DNA of 63,976 nt, filler included, from Neolecta irregularis DAH-3 (Eukaryota), in the NCBI GenBank assembly GCA_001929475.1. It is 21 parts of 21 records of this genome, joined end to end, with 100 filler letters (N's around TTAATTAATTAA, not from the genome) between each part and the next. Parts side by side here need not be neighbours in the genome. Positions count along the whole stretch, not along the records: positions 54,088 to 56,541 come from LXFE01001778.1; positions 56,642 to 57,779 come from LXFE01001779.1; positions 57,880 to 59,460 come from LXFE01001781.1; positions 59,561 to 62,676 come from LXFE01001785.1; positions 62,777 to 63,976 come from LXFE01001811.1; 16 more parts are not named here. One strand, given 5' to 3'. Made by a program: the position numbers and the translations under genes. Below, one piece after another: positions 54,864 through 63,976 of this stretch. Positions within the stretch are counted from its first letter, which is position 1. Each line of letters opens with the position of its first letter. The notes beneath the pieces were generated by a model that saw only the letters and a program-made list of their open reading frames with translations, ran no database searches and had not been told where the DNA came from.

Positions 54864-55639
54864 AGCAGTTCTCGGTTTAGGTCTTAGAGCAGAATATCAA
54901 ACAACGAATGTAGATGAAATCAAAATAAACTAGAATTTGTTTTTAGAAGAATGATAGGATTCCTGTTGAAGTGTGGACAAACAGTGGTCTTAAACTTGGT
55001 CTCCTTGGGCGTAGCAAATTTTGAGCCTTCATGTACCCTATAAATGAATCATGGATATTTCATTTATGTCTTCACCTTGATTTCAGCCTGCTATTCGTCA
55101 GGTAGTGGGGCTTGTTATGTGTTATAGCCTTTGAAATTACCATCGTTTATAGTTCGCCTGCGAGTAGAGATATATTCGAGACAAGTCGCTTTGTGGAGGA
55201 TGTTAATGGATCTCTTTTTGTTACTTTTCCTATAATCTTTGTCTGACCGCTATAAATCTTGTGTTGTATTGGTTTTCTAGAAGTCGTACTGCAGCCTCTC
55301 CTTGAAGCCAGACAAGAATCCCTAATTTATTTTATTTTATCCAAGCTGTGTAATAAATTCTACAACCACAGTCTGCATGTTACAGACATCTCGAGTTTTC
55401 CAAGTTAAATTTAGAGTGTACAGATTCTATGAACAGCTGATAACGGGTATGAATATTGATAAGAGTTATCATGATTAGTATTGACTTTCCAGAGCAGGCC
55501 GGTTCAAATTTCTTTCAATAGTTTTATTTAATCTGAGAAAGTTACAACAACGATCCTCCTAATCCAAGTTTTATAAACATACAAATTACTGACGACGAAC
55601 AATCATACCTGTTAAACATTAGATTATTTCATCTTGAAA

Positions 55640-56404
55640 TCAACGAACTGTTACGAATTGAGTTCCCTCGACAACAACCATCTGTTTCTTTGAACTTGAT
55701 CGATTGCTCGGACTACTGAATTGGAAATCCTTCTCTTCATTTTGCAATTTGGCCATCCGTCTGACATAGACGACCGACCAAACAGCAACAACAATCATAA
55801 ACGTCAACTATCCAATTAACTTGCATTCGTACGAGTTGGTTACCTGCAGGCTAACACGAATGATATCAATTATGATGGTATTCGAAATATATTTGACCGG
55901 TGCGAGGCAAAGACCCAGTTGTTTGTGGGCATCAGCTCTATGAGTTTCATTCGACAGTATCGGTTTAAATTGTCGTTTACTTATAGTAGATCGACAAGAC
56001 TGATTTTCAGGCGAGACGTCAGTCAGTAGGTTGATCAAAATAAAGACGAAAGAAATGTAGAATAGCGACAGGATACAGTATGAAGCCGCGAATACGATAG
56101 TGACTATCCGCGCAACCTATCGTATCAGGCTTGGCAATTTCAGGGGACACGTGTACATAAAGTTCCTTCCAAATGATAAACAAAACAGGAGAACTCCAAA
56201 TAAAGAAGACCACGCCGAAAGATAGATCCAAGATTGCAGAAAATGTAGTTTCATCTATCCTGTCAACTTGAGGTTTACAAGGAATGTCTCTTGACCCAGT
56301 AGGCCGGCGATTCCGGTGTAAATTGCAAGACCAGCTTGAATTAAAGAAAGAATCAAAGTAGCTTTAATCAAAATATCACAGAACAAACGGCGTCGAAAAA
56401 CCAT
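55640..56404 (-). CDS. Hypothetical multi-pass membrane protein, spliced
   Basis: Hydrophobic segments ILIKATLILSLIQAGLAIY, LSFGVVFFIWSSPVLFII and LTFMIVVAVWSVVYV, separated by short GT-AG introns. Confidence 0.45.
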
Positions 56405-56641
56405 CTTGAAAGGACACGAATGGAAATCAACGGACCAAAGAATTACCTGAAAATCGTGTGGTGGTATATATAATCAAGAGATGAGGCTATGAAGAGGAAA
56501 GGGTCCAAGAAGGGGAGACTCACGTGAAGGAAGAGAATGGGNNNNNNNNNNNNNNNNNNNNNNNNNNNNNNNNNNNNNNNNNNNNTTAATTAATTAANNN
56601 NNNNNNNNNNNNNNNNNNNNNNNNNNNNNNNNNNNNNNNNN

Positions 56642-57779
56642 TTGATTGTTGATTAAAAGTATTGAAGTATTGAAAACAAAGAATCCATACCACACCACCA
56701 CTATACCGCATTCGGTGTTCATACTAACCACCGAAGCACACTCCTTACAGTCCCCCCCATGAAACGTGAGCGGAGTTCCAATCACTTAGTAATTTGGGAG
56801 CAGTTTTACTCAACTCCGATTTCCTTACCCACGAGTCATCCTCAGTACCATAACCTTTCTACCGAACAAGGTATTTATACCCATTCCCAACTCTTTTCTG
56901 ATTGAGAATGGCCTCTAATTCGTATTCCCCTGAGCCATCACTATAGACTTTTGATGGTCCCGGTGGTGGTAGGTCACGTTTGACTGCCTCCGACATTTCC
57001 GTTTTCCTTTTTAATCATGATACATGTACAACTGGGTGTATACGAGACGAAGGGGGAAGTTCTAGTTCATAGTTTAGCTCTGATAACTTCCTTGATATTT
57101 TGAATGGCCCTTCGTATCTTCCTTGCAGTTTTGGCAGCAATGCTTGCTGTTTCCCATCTGGTATTACTCTCAAGTTCTCTGTTGATAAGAAAACCTCGTC
57201 CCCCTCTTGGAAGCTCTCTTCTCTCCTATGCTTGTCAGCTTGCATCTTCTGAGCTTGTTGGGCTCTCGCCAATGCTGCTTGCGCATCATTGAATATTTTC
57301 TGATATTCCGAAGAGAACTCCATAACTGAGGGGTTCGAACCCCTATATTTGAGGTCCTTGGTTGACTGAGGGTTATAACCTAAGTCAACCTCAAAGGGAG
57401 TATAACCAAGGGATGCCGAAACCGAGCTGTTGTATGCAAATTCTGCTGTCCCCAGCAAGGATAACCAGTCGGCATTCTTTCAGATGAACATTTTTAAATA
57501 ATCTTTGACTACCCTGTTCATCCTTTCCGATAACCCATCTGTCTGTGGGTGATAGGCCGTCAAGAGTTTAATGTCTGTTCCGATTAGTTTCCAAAACTCC
57601 TGCCAGAACTTTGAGTCAAACTGCGGGCCCTGATCCGATATAATTGACTTGGGGATTCCATACAACTAGTAGTACCGGTTAAGGAGTAACTTTGCCAGAT
57701 CTTTTGCTGAACATATTGTTTCCGAAGGCCAAAAGTGACACCTTCGAGTAGCTCTATCCACAACAGTTAAGATCGCATC
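56642..57779 (-). mobile_element. Ty3/gypsy chromovirus 3' end, family A (integrase core, chromodomain, PPT, LTR start at 56749), degenerate
   Basis: GIPKSIISDQGPQF, AYHPQTDGLSERMN and YELEAIL; the same LTR start TGTAAGGAGTG as at 9312; several in-frame stops. Confidence 0.92.
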
Positions 57780-57980
57780 NNNNNNNNNNNNNNNNNNNNN
57801 NNNNNNNNNNNNNNNNNNNNNNNTTAATTAATTAANNNNNNNNNNNNNNNNNNNNNNNNNNNNNNNNNNNNNNNNNNNNGTCTCGCCCGACCGTCTCTGC
57901 TGCCTCTCGCCTGTCTCTCCCGACTATCTCTCCCGCCTCGCGCCTCTCTCCCCCGACTCGCTCTCCCGCCTGTTCCGCCC

Positions 57981-58163
57981 ACTTCGCTCCCCTTGCTCGT
58001 CCGGCCTGCCTCGCTCCCCTTGCTAGTCCCACCCGCCTCGCTCCCCTTGCTCGTCCCGCCTGCCTTGCTCCCCTTGCTAGTCCAGCCCACCTCGCTCCCC
58101 TTGCTCGTCCCGCCCACCTCGCTCCCCTTGCTCGTCCTGCCAGCCTCGCTCCCCTTGCTCGTC
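57981..58163. repeat. 27-nt minisatellite CCTCGCTCCCCTTGCTCGTCCCGCCCA
   Basis: About 6.8 imperfect copies, abutting a PRP8 fragment. Confidence 0.9.
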
Positions 58164-58310
58164 TCAAGCCAATCTTGACTCTCACCTTCGTTTCACATCG
58201 AACAAGAAGATCAAGCAACTTGGGAATTGTAATAAGGCCTGTGGATAATAAGTCAATAGTAAGAGATACCTTGGAGTTCAAATCAATGTTGACTCTCGTT
58301 TGAACCTTCC
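58164..58310 (-). pseudogene. PRP8: Second PRP8 fragment, internally duplicated
   Basis: KVQTRVNIDLNSK+gtatctcttact, then ITIPKLLDLLVRCETKVRVKIGL. The DNA is homologous to 35952-36070. Confidence 0.85.
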
Positions 58311-58844
58311 TTTTCCATATAATGGAAGCGGGATTTGTTTGTTATCAGATCCGGGCGAAATTGGTGGCTGTCGTCCGGGTTGGGAGAGCCGAACCCGATA
58401 GGGACAGCGGAACCAAATAAGGGTCGCGGAACCGGCTGTTAGATCCGGAGGAAATTACGGGGCTCAGGCTGGGAGACACACGCACATAGAGACGATACTC
58501 CCCTGCACGTAGCTGCCCCTGATTACGACGACCACTGCGACCCCTTGCGAAAGCACTTTCATCACCCTCATCCGCATACCCATAGTGCCTGCTGGTTCTG
58601 CTTTTTGGCGTCTGCGAGGTAGGACTGGAGGAGGGTTAGGGTTGACCCTCCGGCGGCGGCGGGCGGGCGGGTGCCCGCCCACCATTCTCCCCTCTTGTGC
58701 GCCCCTTTGACCTGTTTGACCCATCCACATTGCCAACCTGCCTGTCAGTTTCCTTGCCAATATTTAGATAGATATAAAGAGTTATATACATAATATAACA
58801 ATTTCTACTTGCTTTTTAGCATATTCCTGCCCTGCCCATCTCTG

Positions 58845-58918
58845 CACTGCAAACCCAGTCCATGGGTTAAAAGCCCATGGGTTAACTGGGCTAAGCCCAT
58901 AGCCCGTCCCCAACACTG
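58845..58918 (-). mobile_element. hAT-like transposon terminus (CAGTGTTGGGG... on the minus strand, CCATGGG subterminal motifs)
   Basis: CAGTGTT start and repeated CCATGGGTTAA. Confidence 0.45.
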
Positions 58919-59560
58919 CACTGGCCCACTGAGTGCTTCTGTAACAGCTAGATCCTTTTCCTGGGGAAAACCTTCCCTTGCATCTCATGATGTCTCTTCA
59001 AGGCTTTCCCAAACACTGCAAAGAAGACATATGCCATAACTGTCAAGATATGACCAAAGTACTAAAGCATCAGTTGCAAACCACAATTGCAGCCTACGAA
59101 AACCCGTCCCAAGACGATCATGATGGCTCGTGGGTAGATCAAGAGATGTGGCCCAGTTACATAGGGCATCAATATCTGTATATTGAAAATACAGAGGCCG
59201 GTGTAGATCATCATTGAATTCTTTGCAGATCCATCTTTGCTCAAGAAGAATGGCCGGATACACTGTCGAAACCCTTCAGAGTCAACAAAACGAAAAGTAT
59301 TGGACACTTACTCCCAGAAAGCCATTGCACCGATGTAACAGTAGCAAACATGATGAAAGATCCAACATTAGCCCCATGCCATGCAGCGCTAGCGAAGTAG
59401 GTCGCGCATAAAGCCTCGATGCCTGGTTTCTTCCATGGTGTTATACGGGTGTAAATGTAGNNNNNNNNNNNNNNNNNNNNNNNNNNNNNNNNNNNNNNNN
59501 NNNNTTAATTAATTAANNNNNNNNNNNNNNNNNNNNNNNNNNNNNNNNNNNNNNNNNNNN

Positions 59561-62500
59561 CGCCTACAAGCTTAGATTAAGGAAATATAACCTGATCTTA
59601 TTGTACTCGAGCTCCAACACTTACATTTTTTTTACAATCGATCGTAAAAAAGTTTCTACGAAGAAACAGGAAAATATAGTATATTTTCAATAGCACCGAT
59701 ACTAGTGCAGCAAAAGCAACGCAGTAAAGCAACGCAGTATTAGCAACGCAGCAATGTCCACTAAAGTGGAAAGCGAGGCAGAAAGTAGTGAAGCAAGGCC
59801 TTATAGGAGCCTCCCGACACTACCCAAGTTCACAGGAAAAGAGAAATCAATCAAAGTAGCCCAAGCATGGTTGAGCCTGACTCGACGAATAGTGCAACTA
59901 CGTTGCGAAGTTGGGCAGGAATCAAAGACAGCGCTATACTATGAAGTAGCCTGCACACTCACTGACGATGCAACCATTTGGTTCGATACGCAGGCAAAGA
60001 CCATTATTGACCTGGACGATTTTTTCACAAAATTTTCACAAAAATATTTGCGCCACCAGAATGTCGCAGTTACTAGAACCAAATTCGAGGCACTGAAACA
60101 GGGCATAAAAACTGTTTCAGAATATGCGGCCGAATTTGAGGAGTTGTGGCAGCAACTAGATATATCAATATATACGGAACCACTAATGGTACGGAAATTC
60201 GCACACGGACTGAAATGGCAAATCGAGAGCACCTTAAGCGCACATTTAGAGAACATGACATACCTTGAGGAAGTAGTCAATGCAGCCCTCAATGGAGAAG
60301 CAGCATTGAGTCGACGCCCAGGACGTGAAAGTGGGGGAAAAAGTAACTCGCAAACCTCCAACAGAGAGAAAGCCAAACGATACGCAAACAATGAGTGTTA
60401 TATTTGCGCATCCCCTGAACATTTGGCACGAGAATGTCCAAAGAATAGGAATAAATCCTCTGGAAACATAGGACAAAAGGACAAAAGGAGAGATGTTATG
60501 TTAGCTAGCTTAGACGAGGACAATAAAGATGAATTAGCCTGCTCATTCGCCACTACTACACAGCCATCTCGAAAAGTGAGTAGAGGCCTCACAGTTACAT
60601 TAAATATCGCTGGATGTGCTGTAGAAGCATTTTTAGATACTGGAGCAGGTTGCAACCTGATAGCCTCAACAGTAACCGATAAGCTGAGAAATAAGATAGC
60701 GATAAAGAAATTACAACCAGTATTACGATTGTCACAGGCATTGTACGGACATACAGAAGTGATCAAAGAGTATATTGAAGTGCAAGTTTCGATTCCCTCA
60801 ATAAAATTCATATCAAAAGAAAAGATACGATTTCACATTGTTCCTCTCGCCAGATATGAAGCAATTTTAGGAGAACCATTTATGCAAAAGTTTCAAGTGA
60901 AGATATCACCATTTGAAGGTCTCGCAACAATGAACGGTAGTAAAGCAAACATCGTGTCAGCCAGTCCAGGTACGTCAAAAAGCATAGTAGCAAAACCGTC
61001 CCAGCAGATCATATATGTTCAGAACGCAACACCTGAAGGCATTGTCAGTATAGATCAAGATGAAGAGAACCTACAGAAACGGTTCTCAGAATTGGAAAAA
61101 AGCTATCGCAAACGTTTTTCAAAGGTATTTGAAGTAACCGATTCACCCAAGCTACCACCAAAGGATGCACCTAAGCACCATATTAATTTTGTAAAGACTC
61201 CAACAGAGCCAATTAATGGCCGGTTATTCCATATACCTCACAAATGGAAAGATGAATTGAAAGAATTTCTACATAGAGGCGTGGCATCAGGACGAATTAG
61301 ACCATCCTCAAGCCAATATTCATCATCGACATATATGCTATCCAAGAAGGATGATGAAGCAGCTCCAAGAGTGGTTCATGACTATATAAAGATTAATGAT
61401 TACACAGTTAAGGACCGTACACCCATACCAATCCAAAATGATCTGCTTGAGGCAGCAGCAAATGCAAAAATTAAAGGAAAGATAGACTTAAAAGATGCAT
61501 ACTATCAGATACGGGTCCATGAGCCAGACATTTACAAAACCTCATTCAAAACACCATATGGACTTTTTGAGTGGGTTGTTATGCCACAGGGACTTTGTAA
61601 CGCCCCAGCAACATTTCAACGGTATATGAACTACTTGTTGAGATCATATAATGGATCCTGTTGCTATGTATATCTTGATGATATCATAGTATTTTCAGAC
61701 TCAGTGGAAGATCACAAAACTAATATATCTAATATATTAAACGTATTACAAGACGCCGAGATCACAGTAAGTCCAAAAAAGTCAGTTCTCTTTGCATCAG
61801 AGATTGACTTCTTGGGCCACAGACTTACTAAAAGAGGTCTTGAACCAGATATAACCAAAACGGACAAAATCGAACATTGGAAACGTCCAACAACAGGCAA
61901 AGCAGTATCAAGATTCTTAGGATTAATTAACTATTTGGCACCATTTATACCAGGATTAGCAGAACATGCAGTAGTATTATCAAGGCTAACAAAGAAAAAC
62001 GTTCCCTTTCGATGGACCAGTGTGGAAAGTAATGCATTCAGTAACCTGAAGCAACTAGTATCGCAAATGAACTACCTAAGGCCTGTAGACCATCGTCGAT
62101 TGAACCAGGGCGAGACAATATGGGTAGTTTGCGATGCAAGTGATCATGGAAGCGGCGCTGTCATATCTCAAGGAGTAAAGTGGCAGGAAGCACAACCAGC
62201 ATCCTTCTACTCCAAATCATTCAGTGAGGCTGAATCAAAATATGCAATATATGATAGAGAGATGTTAGCAGTAGTTCGAGCATTACGGAAATGGCGACAC
62301 CTACTCTTGGGCTACAAATTCACAGTTCTGACGGACCATGAGCCACTAAAACACTGGCATAAACAGAAGAGCCTATCCAACCGCCAAACCCGATGGCTAT
62401 TAGAACTCACTGACTATGATTTCGAGATTGTGTATATCCCAGGATCAAGCAACACATTCGCGGATGCCCTATCACGAACAGAGGCATCAATAGCAACGGC

Positions 62501-62676
62501 AACCATAACAGAGACTATTTTAACAGAAGACGAAATAGTCTTATTAACAGAAGAATATACACAGGACACATTTATACAGAAGATCCGAGACAATCCAGAA
62601 AGATATAAATTCTTTGAAACCAAAGATAGCTACGTTTACTACAGAGATCGCATATTAATCCCAAAAGGAACCTTTC
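59561..62676 (+). mobile_element. Ty3/gypsy LTR retrotransposon, family C: 5' LTR end (to 59625) plus an uninterrupted gag-pol ORF
   Basis: The LTR ends CAACACTTACA and a single ORF follows. Confidence 0.95.
59754..62676 (+). CDS. Gag-Pol polyprotein (capsid, CCHC knuckle, protease, RT, RNase H), 3' truncated
   Basis: LKQGIKTVSEYAAEF, CYICASPEHLAREC, AFLDTGAG, MPQGLCNAPATFQ, VYLDDII, CDASDHG and TDHEPL. Confidence 0.97.
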
Positions 62677-62776
62677 NNNNNNNNNNNNNNNNNNNNNNNN
62701 NNNNNNNNNNNNNNNNNNNNTTAATTAATTAANNNNNNNNNNNNNNNNNNNNNNNNNNNNNNNNNNNNNNNNNNNN

Positions 62777-62837
62777 CTTCCTCCTTCTCTATCTATTATA
62801 CATGATTATATACCAGTCCCTCCATTAACATATCACA
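62777..62837 (+). mobile_element. End of LTR family B inserted into another gypsy pol
   Basis: Matches 8091-8152 and abuts TISAPLSELTRK of the interrupted pol. Confidence 0.75.
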
Positions 62838-63905
62838 ACGATCAGCGCACCTTTATCAGAGCTTACTCGGAAAGATATCCCCTGGACATGGGGGGTTGAT
62901 CAAGAACAGGCATTTGAAACTCTAAAGGTTAAGCTTACCTCAACCCCTGTATTTGTGCGACACAACCCTGAGAAACCATCAGTACTCACTTGTGATGCTT
63001 CTGGTATAGGAATTGGTGCTGTACTGTCTCAACTAGGGAAGGATCGTCAAGAACATCCTGTGATGTTTATGTCGAAAAAACTCGGCAAGCATCAATGGAA
63101 TTGGACGACACATGATAAGGAGCTATTCGCGATTAAAAAGGCACTTGAGAAATTTTGACCATACATTCATGGGACGAAATTCAAAATTCGAACTGATCAT
63201 CAAGAGTTACAGTATATACTGAAACAGCCGAAGTTAAACACAAAGCAAATCCGAATCCTAGCGTTTATGGCGGAGTTCCCGGAGTTTGTGGTGGAATACT
63301 TACCAGGGGCACTAAACCTGGTATCAGACGCACTATCGCGCAAGCCGAGCTTTGAATGTCAAGCTATCATACTGCAGGAAGACTCTAAGTAGCTAAGTCA
63401 AGTTAGTCAGGAGTTGAAAGATAGTGAGTGGTCCTCAATACTAATGGAACTTCAAAATGGAAGGATTATCCCGGATTTTGAGTTGGAAGACGAGTTGCTA
63501 CTCTGGAACAATCGAATTTGTGTCCCAAAAGGATGGAGATTAGTATTACTCCAGGCTTACCATGACGATCCATCAAGTGGACATCCAGGCCCCAAGAAAA
63601 TGATTGCATTAATGTTATGATGGTTTTATTGGAAGAAGATGTCAGCACAAGTTACGGACTTCTGCAACTCATGCTCACAATGTGCACGAGTTAAGGCAGA
63701 TACTCGTGGGAAGTTAGGTCTCTTAAATCCATTAGACTTACCCGATTCGCGATGGACTGATATTATGATGGATTTTATCACTGGCCTCCCAGCTAGTGAT
63801 CGCTTTGATGCGATTTGGACGATCGTTGATCGAGGAATGCGGCATTGCCATTTTTGGCCTGCTAAGACAACTTGCACTGCAAAGGAATTAGCGGAGTTAA
63901 TGGTA
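62838..63905 (+). mobile_element. Degenerate Ty3/gypsy pol (RNase H, integrase HHCC and start of core)
   Basis: TCDASGIGIGAVLSQ, KELFAI, HDDPSSGHPG..CSQC and IMMDFITGLP, with in-frame stops. Confidence 0.92.
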
Positions 63906-63976
63906 GGGCAATCTGAGACTATAAATCAGTTATCTTGAAGGATTGGGAAGTTCTGTAAAGTTTACCAGGTTCAGCA

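Noticed and set aside
57981-58163. 27-nt repeats as a CRISPR-like array
   Set aside because: The units are contiguous without unique spacers; this is a eukaryotic minisatellite.

Overview
This is fungal (eukaryotic) genomic DNA, not one locus. It is 21 short contigs joined by an artificial 100-nt linker (N44-TTAATTAATTAA-N44), so adjacency across linkers carries no meaning. Gene content and very short introns (33-45 nt) suggest a compact early-diverging ascomycete (Taphrinomycotina-like; inference). Recognisable spliced genes: MEX67, a secreted-type 5'-nucleotidase, SAS10/UTP3, a PPR protein, ERB1/BOP1, a SAS3/Mst2 MYST acetyltransferase, a probable RPA14, DIM1, FYV10, a Teb1/Tay1-like telobox Myb protein, CMS1, a GT8 glycosyltransferase, a GH5 endoglucanase, RPS15, RPP2, a REX1-B protein, fimbrin, SLS1 and EFR3. 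Repeat content includes several Ty3/gypsy LTR retrotransposons and hAT-like transposon ends. The most interesting signals are five. (1) A 355-nt intron in MEX67, about ten times the usual length, folds end to end and would truncate the exporter if retained, reminiscent of NXF1 CTE autoregulation. (2) Intron-bearing, internally deleted fragments of conserved genes (PRP8 twice with a shared breakpoint, GSK3, an OPT transporter twice, Argonaute) recur in repeat-rich contigs, suggesting DNA-level gene-fragment capture. (3) Transposon copies decay by CGA-to-TGA changes while gene 5' ends form sharp GC islands. (4) The MYST enzyme carries a MOZ/MORF-type double PHD finger. (5) The intact gypsy element has a palindrome where a tRNA primer-binding site should be. 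All family calls come from motif recognition by eye; no searches were run.
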